Below, piece by piece: positions 25,159-38,525 of a DNA stretch of 64,000 bases; position 1 is the stretch's first letter; the number at the start of each line of letters is the position of its first letter. Both the position numbers and the translations under genes were made by a program. The notes under the pieces were generated by a model that was given only the letters and a program-made list of their open reading frames with translations, was not told the origin of the DNA and did not search any database. Origin of the DNA: Eledone cirrhosa (taxonomy: Eukaryota); the NCBI GenBank assembly GCA_964016885.1, contig OZ024740.1, positions 356,872,001-356,936,000 on the forward strand, given 5' to 3'.

Positions 25159-27699
25159 GTGTTTAATTTAATAATAATGTTCAAGCTGCTATCAAACTAT
25201 TCTCACTTTTATTTACTTCATTGTTAGATTACGTAAGAGTGAATCGATTTCTTGTCATAACTTAAATTGATTCCCCTCGACTATGTGCATGTGTACAATA
25301 TATTATTTCACATGGAAAATCATCCACAAATATAGTGAATATAATGCTTATGTGCTTGCTATTCGTACTGATCGTTTCACTTTTGTTGAAGAGTTCAGTC
25401 AACTCCATTTGATTACGAAAGCTTAGAAGTACCCATACATGTACGCCGCATCCTATATACGCATATCGTAGCGTTTCATAAACATTCTTCCTGTGGCTGT
25501 GTAATTTTTATTGTGGGACGTATTGTCGTAAATTTCCCATTTGAAGTTTTAACATTATATAAATCGGTACTGAGTTGACAGAAGTGATAGAATAACGACC
25601 AAAATCACTCGTGGTATTTAGTTGTCTATCTTTATGCTCTGAATTCAAATCCCGTTGAAGCTCACTTCGCTTTTCATCGTTCCATTGTTGATACAATATA
25701 TACCAGTAGAGTATTAAGTTAATCTAATCGGCTGTACACACTCTACCATGTATTTGACTGAAAATCTCAATTTTAAATATATTTCGCTGCTACTTGAGAC
25801 ACGGTTAGCTTATTCCTATAAACAGTCCATTGGAGACACGAGTGAAAATTCGTAATTTCCTATTTAACTATAGTTCATTACTTTTCCTTTTACCCACACG
25901 ATTTGTTTGCCTCTAATTCACTGTTCAGTACAATATATTTGTATGCGCATTCTGCTGCTCTGTATAATACACTGACCTCTTCAAACATTTGTCTATGCCA
26001 CATGGTAGTTCGGCCAATGTATTTGTATGTTCAATGTCCTGTTCTGTGCCATGCACTGCCTGTGTAGTCCACTGGTCTTTTCAAATCATTTTCCTAAGCA
26101 ATACATTTGTAGAAACAATGCAATGGCTTTGTAATTCATTGTACAACGTTCGTCTGTGGAGTAAGAACCTACAAAAATATCCAGTGCGGAAGTTTGAACT
26201 AACTGAATGCCAAAGTGCCAGCTGTTGGTATCAGGTCACAGACGCTGGAGTACCAGACTTAATACCTCAATTTACTTGCATATTATTTCTGTGAAACGTA
26301 TAGTTATATTTTACTTGGAATCATACGTGTCGAATATGCTTCTCAACCATTGAGGATTATTAAAATAAGTACCAATATTAGATTTAGCTTGGTTCCATCT
26401 GCTATATTCCGTTCTATGTAAAGTTTAGCGTTCTGTCTAATACAAAGAAATCAATTTAAATGCTTACTTACATAAATAGAATTCTCAAATATATTGATAA
26501 AATATTTACATGCAAAACCTTTCGTATACAAATGAAGTATTCATATAGAGAAAATTCTCACAGACATCAATAATATTCATATATTACATCATATAAATAA
26601 ATAAATAAAATATAATCTCATACGTATGCTTACATATCTAAATTTAATCTTCATATACATAAGATATAATTCGTACAATTTCAAAATTCATTGATATAAA
26701 ATACAACATACACCCAATGTAATGCTATTTACGTATATAACTACCGTCCACTTATCACTGCTTAAGCCATTTAGAAATATGCAAGCATCAAAACATCTTA
26801 TTTTCTCACCTCCTATAAATAAGTATTGTACTAAGAGATAAGCAATATTAATTTGTTATTATTTCTATGAAACGTATAGTTATATTTTACTTGGAATCAT
26901 GATGAGATGATGCTGAAAGCTGGTAAAAAACAATAAAATGCTCAACTAAACAGCTACATTCTGAATATACTTGCTCGACATGTTTTTATTAAAATCACAC
27001 AAGATAATGTACTGGAAGAAATAATTCAGTACGAATTTCATATGTGATTTGTTTTTTCATGTAATCGAAGAGTTCATAGTTGACACTGCTTTTCATCGTT
27101 CTAGAATCTAGCAAAGAAAATAAGTACATATCTGTATAGAAACATTATAAAATTTAGTCAAAGCTACGTAAATGTGGGGAACTGTGTAAAACAAAAATCA
27201 CAGGCTTACAGTTGTCAGATTATTTATTCACACATATACGCAGCTTCAAGTGAATTTTGTAGTTTCTGTACAGATAGGGACGTACCTCGTATACCACGAC
27301 TATTTACTTACATATAAAATAAGAATCAGTAGTTAGATGGGAACGATTCAATAGACCATGGACCTTTCTATAAATATTGACTTTTTTTGTGAAAATAGGA
27401 ATCAGTTATAGGGAATAATATTTTGCTAGTTTCAGTTATTTGAATGCGGCCATGATGAGCCTCAGCTTCCATCGGTTTTCGTAGATTATTACTTTACTGT
27501 TCGAATAATCATACAAACATAACGATTTATAATATCGACACAAAATCACACATTTCAAGAGTGTATATGAATATTTGATTAAATCGAAAGAAGATTTACA
27601 GTTTTTTCCAAGCCATCGTCGTCAAATACTAACGATCTGCCTGTAGATCTGTAGGTAACGAAATAGATTATGCAACATTGCTAATAGTATAAATTGATA

Positions 27700-27717
27700 A
27701 ATAGCAGCAGCAGCCAC

Positions 27718-27809
<92 letters not shown>

Positions 27810-27810
27810 T

Positions 27811-27905
<95 letters not shown>

Positions 27906-27906
27906 C
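27700..27906. repeat. (AGT)n/(AGC)n microsatellite; further (AGT)n tracts at 28251-28306, 49056-49112 and 51656-51710
   Basis: Read directly from the sequence. Confidence 0.95.
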
Positions 27907-28249
27907 TGCTCTTGTTTAGCTGAAGACAGTCATGATATAATAGATATATGATCTAAGGCGTTCTAAGGTTAACCATGCAATCCTCTTTCAGACTTAGTAA
28001 TTCTAAGTCTGAATTATCCAATGTGTTCTTTAGTATGTTTTTAACGTGACATGCTGTGATTTCAACATGATTTACTTACTATTTCTAGCAGATGAATCAT
28101 CGACGTAAGGGGCTCCTTTTGGTTAATTGTATTAGACCCCCACTCTCGCATTTGGTCTATTTAACTATAAGCGGTACTGCTCCAAACAATCAAAAATCTA
28201 CTTCAAGGATACAACCCATGGTCAACCATGACCAAAAAAAGGTCACAAA

Positions 28250-28307
<58 letters not shown>

Positions 28308-29159
28308 TGTGGGTGATGTTGGTGTTAGTGGTGGCGGTGGTGGCCGTCGTCGTCGTTGTCGACGTAGTGGTGGCGGTGAGTGTAAGGGGAGGGTATATGC
28401 TGGGAGTGGGGGTATCTATGACTATATTATACTACGTTTCCTTCCATTTTAAGATGGCAGTGTAGCATTTAATGGCAATAGGACACCATCGTTATTAACT
28501 TCATAGTTAAACTGTTTGGATCTGACCTTCTATGTTAGTTGAATCCTTCCATCTGGCACCTCACGGACATAAGAACATTATTAGACTATTAATCTGATTG
28601 TTTTCTCGTTGTTTTAAACACTAAAAGCAATTAAATACATCGATAACCTTTTACATATTTTCGTTTTAATTTTATCAGATTTAAATTTAAATATATTGAA
28701 CGGATAATATTTTCGTTGCTCAGTTACTTGGTATCTAATAATCTGCGAGTCAAAGACACTTTTCTTTGGAAAGTATTTTCCCAGAAGTCTCTGCTGTCGT
28801 CCACAACTTTGAAAGGAAAACAGGAATTATCTCAAATAGTTTTGTTTCTGTTGTAGTTTCCTTAATGTGCAGCATGCTTCAATTCTTCACGAAGATACTA
28901 TAACACAAACTGTTAAATTTAGGGATTGGTAGAATAAATAGAGTAGCATTTCTTCAGGCTCTAAACGTTCTGCGCTCAAATCCCGCCGAGGTTATTTTGC
29001 CTTTCATCCGTATAGGGTCGGTAAAATAAAGTACTAGTTAAATACTGTGGTCAATTTCATTGACATTCTCATCCCCAAATGATTGCTTACCTTATTATAT
29101 TCACTATTATTACTAATACTACTAATACTACTACTAGTAGTAGTAGTAGTAGTAGTATT

Positions 29160-29225
29160 CAGTGGCAGACTGGCCAGGTTGCCAGGTTGCCCAATGGCAA
29201 GTGGGCCCAGGTGGCCCACAGTCGC
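29160..29225 (+). mobile_element. hAT-like DNA transposon left terminus
   Basis: CAGTGGCAGACTGG... with subterminal GGGCCC motifs; inverse-complementary to the ends at 35354 and 49055. Confidence 0.6.
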
Positions 29226-29820
29226 ATGCAGCGCTCACTGTAGTATTTTAGAGGCCAATGCTTTGCTTTCAAAATATACCTGAAATCTAAGAGAAAAAAT
29301 AAATTTTAAAAAATAAATAAAACAATTAAGCAAAGCATTTGGTCAACCAATTCTCCAGGGAATTACTCGAAACCAAAATATAGGATAGTGCAAATAGCTG
29401 GAATCAGTGGTTATACTTTCTACTAAATCTAAAGCTTAGTGTATTCATTCATGCAAACATACATATATAGACAAAGATACACAGGCATATATATATAGTG
29501 ATTTAATCCTGGTATGTATATAAGCATTTCTAACTTTAATTTTTACCTAATTATGTATGGTTGACCGTATATTTAATTAATTTCCACGTGATGTTGAAAT
29601 GTTGGGTATATATTCTATAGCGGTTGGCTGCGAAGACGCTGCTGTGACGTATTTATTTACTGTTTCTTCATAGGTGCCTTTTATTCTTATAGCCTGGTCT
29701 AATTGATTTTGTGTGTGTGGTTAATTATGCTGATTGGAAGTAGAAATGATGTATATTATCAAATAATTCTCTGGACATGCTTTACTCTATAGTATATATA
29801 TATATATATATATATATACG

Positions 29821-29978
29821 TAGGTCCCGGGTTGAGTCGGGGATAACCACAGTAAGTAAGGTACTCAATACATGGCAGAGTAAATTTTTTTTATTTTATA
29901 GAAGGAGCTTCTACAGGACTAGTACTGTTTCATTCAGATGAAACAGTACTAGTCCTGTAGAAGCTCCTTCTATAAAAT

Positions 29979-29983
<5 letters not shown>
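29821..29983. mobile_element. PLE-type end fragment with a perfect fold-back (29890-29982), between two (TA)n tracts
   Basis: TTTTATTTTATAGAAGGAGCTTCTACAGGACTAGTACTGTTTCAT is mirrored. Same family as 48088-48281 and 17115-17166. Confidence 0.8.
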
Positions 29984-30049
<66 letters not shown>

Positions 30050-30054
<5 letters not shown>

Positions 30055-30835
30055 AATATAAATTTAACGAGAATCGCATTTCGGCGTGTAGAAATTAGCG
30101 CAACTCAACTTCCATATTGTTCAGACAAGCGCTCCATGGATATGAAGAAGATACCAGAGCTATAAACATAAGTTAAAATGGTCATACACGCTGAGACGAT
30201 GGTTAAAAAGTCATTAACCACCATAGCCAAAAAAGCGAACAAGCTAAACGGGTCAAACAAAATGAGATATTATTGAAATATTTACCCTGCCCTCGGGAAG
30301 ATGGAATACTACGAAATTGGGATTCTGCACCTAAATCAATAATACTGTCTGCTTATAAAAAATAAGCTTTTGGTATAATGATCGAAGAAGGCAACTCTTT
30401 CTCAACAGGTTTTTGTTCTTCTTGCGCCAGAATCTCGCAGGTTATGAAAGCACATGTGAGATTCTAAGGGGAGAAAACCCCTATTTTTGGCCAGTGAATT
30501 CAGCATGTGTAGTTATTGCAAACATTTGCAAAAACGCACAAAACGAATTAAGCTTTCTACCGAGTTGTTTTTAAAATATAAACTAAAGCGATTAATCAGT
30601 CAATAGAATTAACTAAAAAGCCCCCCCCCCCCCCCCCGCTCAAAAAAATTAACTGATTAATCGCTTGACTTGGGAGATTAATACAAATATAAATTTAGCG
30701 AGAATCGCATTTCGGCGGGTAGAAATTACCGCAACGCAACTTCCATATTGTGCAGACAAGCGCTCCATGGATATGAAGAATATACCAGAGCTATAAGCAT
30801 AAGTTAAAATGGTCACACACGCTGAGACGATGGTA
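30050..30835. repeat. ~150-bp direct repeats (30050-30203 and 30681-30834) bounding a ~630-bp unit, flanked by TA runs
   Basis: ATACAAATATAAATTTA.CGAGAATCGCATTTCGGCG...CACGCTGAGACGATGGT occurs twice. Confidence 0.85.
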
Positions 30836-31032
30836 TATATATTTATATACTTACTAACGAACAACTGACCAAATAATTGTTTCTACGTTTGGCACAAGGC
30901 CAGCAATTATCCCAGTGTATCGACCCCGTAAGGATGAAAGCAAAGTTACAAATAATATTTGGTATCAATGGGTTAAAGACATCTGTCAAATCAATTAGTG
31001 TGACGGTGGTGTATATACATACACACACATAC

Positions 31033-31135
<103 letters not shown>

Positions 31136-31219
31136 GTAGGAGGTGAGTTTTATTGTAGCACAATAAAACAATGCAAATATCGGGTAAGTAGCACTCAGCA
31201 GTATATAGGACTGGAGTAT

Positions 31220-32746
31220 AAATAATATAAAATCAAAAGATGGTTAAAAGAGTTCCATGTATTTTATTATGCGCATTTCAATATGACATGATATGAAGCT
31301 TAAAAAACACTTGCGAGCAGTGAAGTGTTAAATCAACATATGAAAAATAAAATAAGAGATTGGAAAAAAGGAAAGGAAGGGGGAAAGAAAAGGTAAGGAA
31401 GAGGAAGAAAATATATAGATAGAAGAAAAAAAATATAATAAAGGAAAGGATGATAGAGGAGGAGTATAAGAAGGAAGGATGAGAGAGGAGGAGAAAATGA
31501 GTGAGAGAGAGATAACCTTTAATACTGAGAAACACTGTCTCACAGAGAAAAATTAAAAATTAAAAGTTAATGAGGTTTATGAATGGTGATGCTTAATTTT
31601 AATTTTAATTCTATAATAAATAGACGTACGGATTTATTTTCGCTCTGCTTGTATAAATCCCATAGAACTTTCCATAAAGTATACAGCTAATATCTTACTA
31701 CATAATTAGTTTAAAATATTTTTTTCTGTAACACTTTTATATTTTTTACAAATATACCCATCTTTCTACCTTATTTCAGTATATTATACAATATTACTCA
31801 TACTATGTCGTTAGCGGTCCCCTAATGTTCTTCTTTTTTTAATTTCTAATCTTTAATCTGCAACTTTTACTTCTCAATTACTTCTTAATTCATCTTATAA
31901 CTCACTATAGCATTTTCCTTATATTCTCAGCCATACAAATTTTTATTTTTAAAATATACTAATATTACCATTAGAGAAATTTTGTAAACATATTTTTTTT
32001 ACGTTATATATTTTTTCTTCCTTGAATTTTTTCTTTCTTCTCTCCTTCCATGCTCGTTTTAAATCTATTATTTACATTTTCCTATTACAATATATAGAAA
32101 CAAACTTGGTGGACCCTAATTAATTCCTCTAAGTTCATAATCCATTTAACCTTATCTTCATTCACCTTATGTTCTTAATATATTTTATCTTAATAATACA
32201 TTTTAATAAATTCCTTTTCGCACATCTTATTAAACCCCTCAATATATAAACATGAAATAAATAGTATTCTTAATTCCTTTTTCTTTATTCATAAGCATCA
32301 CCATTCATAAACCTCATTAACTTTTAATTTCTTAATTTTTTTAAATTATCTATTATCTTACAACGATTTTTTTTTTCTCTGTGAGACAGTGTTTCTCGGT
32401 ATTAAAGGTTATCTCTCTCTCTCACTCACTCATTTTCTCCTCCTCTCTCATCCTTCCTTCTTATACTCCTACTCCATCATCCTTTCCTTATTTTTTTTTT
32501 CTTCTATCTATATATTTTCTTCCTCTTCCTTACCTTTTCTTTCCTCCTTCCTTTCCTTTTTTCCAATCTCTTATTTTATTTGTCATATGTTGATTTAACA
32601 CTTGACTGCTCGCAAGTGTTTTTTAAGCTTCATATCATGTCTCCCTATTTTATCTGATGAGAACGCAAATATCATCCCATGATGATATTTGTTTTTGAAA
32701 TGCGCATAATAAAATACATGGAACTCTTTTAACCATCTTTTGATTT

Positions 32747-32755
<9 letters not shown>
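31220..32755. mobile_element. PLE-like remnant with ~370-bp inverted repeats (31220-31595 and 32293-32755) around an AT-rich degenerate core
   Basis: The arms are reverse complements. The right arm has a hammerhead and ends in (TA)n. The core has only a weak RT-like remnant (SKILAVYFME, minus strand). Confidence 0.7.
32646..32716 (+). ncRNA. Type I hammerhead ribozyme (best-formed copy)
   Basis: TATTTTAT-CTGATGA-GAACGCAAATATCATC ccat GATGATATTTGTTTTT-GAAA-TGCGCA-TA-ATAAAATA: 8-bp stem I, long stem II and palindromic stem III ATGCGCAT. Confidence 0.9.
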
Positions 32756-32822
<67 letters not shown>

Positions 32823-32862
32823 AGTGAGCGTGAAAGGCCAAAGGTCATTATTGAAAGTCTCT

Positions 32863-35147
32863 TTGCCGCAACTCTCGACGGCTGACGCTGGGCGCTGCGA
32901 AAGGCCGATTACTTCCGCCGAGATTCAGGATGCCCTTGTCGGCTGCATGAGGCGCAAGTTACCCAGTTTGGATCGTCTGCCGTACGAGCTTTACGTAAAT
33001 ATGCCAGACTTGTCCTCCAATCTCCTCGAAGCGCTCTACTGCAAGTGGCAGCAGAACGAAAGTATTCCCAGTTCTGTGAGCCGGGGCGTAGTGATGCTGA
33101 TAAGGAAAGACGAGAATAAAAGGGAAACATTAGACAATTTCAGGCCCATAACTCTGCTCAACACAGAGTTTAAGATTTGGGCCAGGGTGTTAGCGAATAG
33201 GTTGGCCCGTATCGTCGGGAATTTAGTTGGGGAGGCGCAAACGTCCGTAATCCCAACCAGGTCCATACACGACAATCTCCACCTGATGCGATACATCATA
33301 GAGAGGGTAGGGTGTAAACCTGGCTTCGGTGGGGCTCTGAGCAATTTAGATCAATCGAAAGCATTCGATAGGGTCGACCATCGGTACCTGGAGGCTGTCC
33401 TCAAAGCGGCTGGCTTCAGCCCCGTCTTCAGAAGCTGGATCGCTGCAATGCACAACGGTACCTGGTCAGTAGTCAAAATTAATGGCCACCTCTCGGAACC
33501 GTTTCAGGTCTCCCCATCGGTCCGTCAAGGGTGCCCTCTCTCCCCCCTTCTGTACGTATTGACTCTCAAGTCTTTACTACGGAAGCTGGAGCTGATGCAA
33601 GGCATCTCGCTCGAACCGGGACGCGGAAAGGCTGTGTCGGCTTATGCGGACGACACCACCGTGATGGTGTCGGACGCCTCAGAAATCGAGGTGGTCGGCA
33701 ACTTATTGGAGGAATATGAAAGGTTGACGGGAGCAAAACTTAACCCGGAAAAGTCATTGGGCTTTCAAATCGGTACCTGGGAGGCAAGTCGATGCCGTCC
33801 AACAGCGTCGTTAGGCGCTGGACGGACGGACCGGTAAAGTTGCTCGGGGTTTGGTTCGGGTCAGACCACCAGGTGGATAAGAATTGGGACGAGGTGACGG
33901 GCAGGGTAGCCCCGTTCGCGCCTCGCCCTCTTGGAGCGCATCCTCTTCAAATTCTTGTGGATGGGTCAGGTTCCGTTGGTGAGGCAGTCCATCTGCTGCC
34001 AGCACCCTCTACGTGGAGAGCTGGGCATGCCGTGGTTAATGATGCGCAGACACGCGCTGAGGCTGCGGCATCTCCAGATATTCTGCCTAAACGGTGAACA
34101 GGTGTGGTCGCCGTTTGTCAGACGCAGCTCGTCTCTTTGACTGAGCTGCAGTCCTGGGTCAAGAAGAGACCGAGACTGGGTGACTGGCATCTGGAATGTT
34201 GCCAGGCACTCACTACCCTCAACCAGGCGGTTAATGCTATCAATGAGACTTCCACTCTCGAGTTCTATAGAGGATTAGTGGTGGGCAAGTGCTACGACGC
34301 ATCGGAGAGGCTCTGGGCGTCGACGAAGTCGAACTAACCAGTCTGTTCTGGAAGACTTTCGAGCCGGGGACGATGGATAATTTCCAAAAATCCCTCGCTT
34401 GGCAGTGCTACCGGGGGGCACTGCCGGTTTGAGATAAACTCTACAGGCACGGAAGTGCTGTCAAACGGACCTGCCCGAGATGCGCGCAGAGCGACGAAAC
34501 CGTCTGCACGCACTCGTCCAGTTTCCGTGCATTACTCACTTGTGGAGTTTTGTCGAACAGCTGTTATTGCGTGTAGAACGGATCCGGCTATCGGCCGAGT
34601 CTATAGTGAAGATCGACCCGCCGCCTTCTTTTGGCCAGGAAGGGCAGGCAATTTTCCTCTGTCTGGTGGCAGTAGCGAAAGAGGTTGTATGGTGGACGAG
34701 GTTGAAAGGACTGAATGTAGACACTTTTCTCTTCGGCCAATCCCTCATCAACTTTTTCAAGTTTCACTTGGAAAGGAAGGTGAGGGTGGAGAGAGAAGTG
34801 CCCCCCCCCCCCCCAGTACATTTGCTGAAAGGTGGGTGAATGTGGCGAGAATGGTCCGTGTGAGTGGGCCTACTCTGGTCATGCGCCTGTAGGTGGGTAA
34901 ATTTGAGGAGGAGAGGGCTGCCCTTCCAGGGTACTCTCGAAGCGTCGGGTCGTTCAGGATTGGTGGGGTACCTGAGCAAACCATGGGTCGTCATCCCCCC
35001 TATTGGGGAATTTTTCTTGTATTTTTCTTGTTACTATGTTATTGTTATTCATATTGTTTACTCTATTTTTCTGTAAAACTCCACTGTCCTAGTCTCTTGT
35101 ATTGTCCCCTTATATGTCGGCCCTTGTGGCCAATAAATGAAATCATC
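32863..35147 (+). mobile_element. 5'-truncated Tx1/L1-clade LINE (RT plus C-terminal zinc-knuckle region, frameshifted) with TSD ATTGAAAGTCTCT
   Basis: ORF 32824-33837 has NFRPITLLNTEFKI, LDQSKAFDRVDH, VRQGCPLSPLLY and AYADD. A CPRC..SDET..HAL motif lies near 34470. TSD at 32850-32862 and 35148-35160. Confidence 0.93.
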
Positions 35148-35149
35148 AT

Positions 35150-35354
35150 TGAAAGTCTCTGAATTACGCATAATACATATTTTTTATTGGAGAAGGTAAG
35201 ATATTTTCCCGCAAAAATTTGATTGCAGTTTTGTTTCCACCTATGTATTTTTAAAAATAGTATTTATTCATTACAAAAATTAAATAATAGCATTCTATAT
35301 GTCCGTGGGCCCCTTCATCTGGCAACCAATATTTTTAGACCTAGTCCGCCACTG
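35150..35354 (+). mobile_element. hAT-like right terminus (copy 1)
   Basis: Ends ...GTGGGCCCC...TAGTCCGCCACTG; homologous to 48840-49055. Confidence 0.65.
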
Positions 35355-35448
35355 TATATATAATTCAGGGTTTCCTAAAGCTATTAGTAATATTATTCCA
35401 CTGTGTTTAACTGTTGAATTAATTCAATTTGATTATTTTAGCAAACAG

Positions 35449-35562
<114 letters not shown>

Positions 35563-35569
35563 CATATAC

Positions 35570-35644
<75 letters not shown>

Positions 35645-35645
35645 C

Positions 35646-35706
<61 letters not shown>

Positions 35707-35792
35707 TTTGTTGGTTCACCACTGGATAGAACTGGTCATTCCGTATGAAATAACAGGAGGCTGGACTGGTGTAAATCCTTGAAAGGTTTATT

Positions 35793-35850
35793 ATACTATG
35801 ATCATTTCAATGACCGGGTTCCATATGAATCCGGTGATATCATCAGGTAT
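35793..35850 (-). ncRNA. Type I hammerhead ribozyme (mirror copy)
   Basis: Reverse complement of 36021-36078. Confidence 0.8.
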
Positions 35851-36020
35851 TGGAATATAACAAAGGAATATGTAAAAAGCCATGGGTCCGAGAAACCAAA
35901 GACAGAGAGGACGGCTGACCAACTAGCTTCGCAGCCAGCCACCCCCAAAGTGTCATTGGTTTCTCGGACCCATGGTTTGTCGGACCCATGGCTTTTTACA
36001 TATTCCTTTGTTATATTCCA

Positions 36021-36078
36021 ATACCTGATGATATCACCGGATTCATATGGAACCCGGTCATTGAAATGATCATAGTAT
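36021..36078 (+). ncRNA. Type I hammerhead ribozyme
   Basis: ATAC-CTGATGA-TATCACCGGATTC..GAACCCGGTCATT-GAAA-TGATCA-TA-GTAT, with palindromic stem III ATGATCAT. Confidence 0.82.
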
Positions 36079-36124
36079 AATAAACCTTTCAAGGATTTAC
36101 ACCAGTCCAGCCTCCTGTTATTTC

Positions 36125-36189
<65 letters not shown>

Positions 36190-36196
<7 letters not shown>

Positions 36197-37025
36197 ATAC
36201 TTGGGGAGGGTCATATTTGTGTAATAATATTGCCAGAATTAATAACAGAACACACTCACTGTTTGGTTGGTTTTCGCTTCTGTGTCTTTTATATCGGTTA
36301 ATTTAATTTATTCGGTCCTCAATGTTACTATTGACTGACCAACAGTAAAAAATACAGATACAATATAGACACAAACACATATATATAGTCTAACAAAGTT
36401 CTTTCGTTGCACATCTGCAACATCGTCAGTGGTGCTATTATGTTTCCTCCCGTTGCATTGTATGCCTACGCCATCTTTATTTAGTCTGTTTATTTATTTA
36501 TTTGTTTTTTTTGTCTTCTCTGCGCATGGGTTAGCGTGTGTGTATAGTGTTTTGTTTGATGTGTGTTCGGGTTTGGGTGACTGTGTATTGGTTATTGCAT
36601 TCTATCTTAGTTTACTAGTGTGTGTTTATATGTGTTTGTTGTTATTGTGCTTGTGTATGTATTTATTTATTTATTTATTTATACTTCTCTTAGGTCAGTG
36701 TTGTTTGTTTGGGTGTTGTTGTTATTCCATTCATTTTTTCTGTTTAGCCTTGGCCTTCTAAGTTCTATTTCGCAGGCCTCTCTGATTTGCCTATCTGCTG
36801 GGTCATTTCTATGTTTAGATATTATTCTAATTTTTATGTTGTCTATGTTACCATCGTGTTGTTGTCTGGTATGTTCGTATAGTACTGAACCGTTTTTTCG
36901 TCCTTTTAGTTCCCCCAGTATCCTTTCACCTATGCTACGATCTGACTCATGTTGTTGTCATGTTTCTGCAAGTACCCTTTGTACATCTTATGCTATAGAC
37001 TACGTTTCTAGTTTTACAATTTATA
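36190..37025 (-). mobile_element. Penelope-like element 3' portion (GIY-YIG remnant plus family A terminal repeat; hammerhead core at 36392-36433)
   Basis: Reads INCKTRNVVYSIRCT...GSVLYEH...RQIREACEI...LNRKNEW. Core CTGACGA-TGTTGCA gatg TGCAAC-GAAA. Ends at (TA)n. Confidence 0.85.
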
Positions 37026-37029
37026 TATA

Positions 37030-37305
37030 TATAATGCCAATCATTGTAAGTTTGAATCTGACATGCAGAAACATATATGTATGAATAAAGTAAAGCCCAA
37101 ATCATAGTAGATTCAAATATCACAGAGAGAAGGAGAGAGAGATAGTGGGGAGAAATGAGGTGCAACAGGTTAAAACGCAACATGCGGAAAGGGAAAATTC
37201 ACAATTTCCCCTTCTTTAAGATATGGTTGGACAACGAACATTTCCGAAAATATGAAGAATTCTTTATTAGAAAGTACAAACCACTACTGAACACAAAAAA
37301 GTGAT
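37030..37305 (+). mobile_element. Repeat shared with 46340-46517, followed by a GIY-YIG C-terminal remnant
   Basis: AATGCCAATCATTGTAAGTTTGAATCTGAC... follows TA runs in both places; peptide FTISPFFKI...EEFFIRKYKPLLN. Confidence 0.6.
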
Positions 37306-37591
37306 ATTCCATCTTCAAGTAACGGGATTCTCCCCCTCTCTCTTTTCTTTAAAAACTATCATATTGAAAAAGAAAAAAAGTTGATGAAAACCGTACTTTC
37401 AAACATTCGATCGTTGAAGAGAAAAAAAACCCTCAGAGGTACACTAATATTTCATTAATTCCCCCTTCCCACACCAATCTATATGTGTATTTAAATACTT
37501 GAGTAGATGTGTGTACATATATGTGTGTACATGTGTATATTATGTGTGCATATGTGTGTGTGTATATATGAATATATGTGTATGTACGTGC

Positions 37592-37640
<49 letters not shown>

Positions 37641-38238
37641 ATAATATAAATGTATATATGTATATATATAAAGATGAGGTTTTCTGTATGTGTGTGTATG
37701 TGTGTGTGGACAATTTTTAATGAGGGCTCATATATTCTAAACCATTCTTGCGATTTGTTTGAAATTTTTACAGAGCTTCTCCTTGCACAAAACCTGTACA
37801 TGATTTACAAAGGCTTTCAAAAATCGATATTGGGGCCTTTGGAGACATTAAAAAAGTTTCGGTTATTTGTGTCGTTTTTCGTGATTAAGAAAGACAAGAG
37901 TTATCTTTCGTCAATACAATAGGAACTCATTTTTGATGTTGTCAAAAATTTTGTTTTGGGATTTTGGTTATTACAATTCGGCTCAATCGGATTTTACTTT
38001 ACTCTTTGGACTTGAAACAAAAGGTTTTACTGTTGTCAAAAACATTTATACCTAGACTGGATTTCTGTTGTTACATGGGTTAACGGATGACACCGAGCTC
38101 ACATATTAATTATTCCGCTGGAATAGTGCTTAAGGTTTTCATGTTTACATAAAGTACGTGTTTCTTCTATGTATTCAAATTTACTTTGTTTAGTTTAATG
38201 AGCTACATCGAAAGCTACTTGAACCGTCCTTTAGCTAG

Positions 38239-38277
<39 letters not shown>

Positions 38278-38461
38278 ATGTTTATGTGTATACGTATATA
38301 TGTATTTATGTACATGTATGTGTGGGTGTGTGTATGTATATATATGTAGGTGTATATATATGTATGTGTACATATATATACGTATGCATATGTGTATGTA
38401 TATATATATATATATATGTGTATATGTGTGTGTGTATGTGTGTACATACACACACATATCA

Positions 38462-38525
<64 letters not shown>

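Larger units (their letters stand above)
35745..36126. repeat. Essentially perfect palindrome (~147-bp arms) between (TA)n tracts, with a hammerhead on each strand
   Basis: The ORF track shows mirror ORFs 35779-36069(+) and 35802-36092(-) with identical ends. Confidence 0.95.

Noticed and set aside
35779-36092. Two antiparallel 96-aa ORFs with identical termini as a bidirectional gene
   Set aside because: They are a consequence of the DNA palindrome. The starts are TTG and there is no recognisable protein motif.
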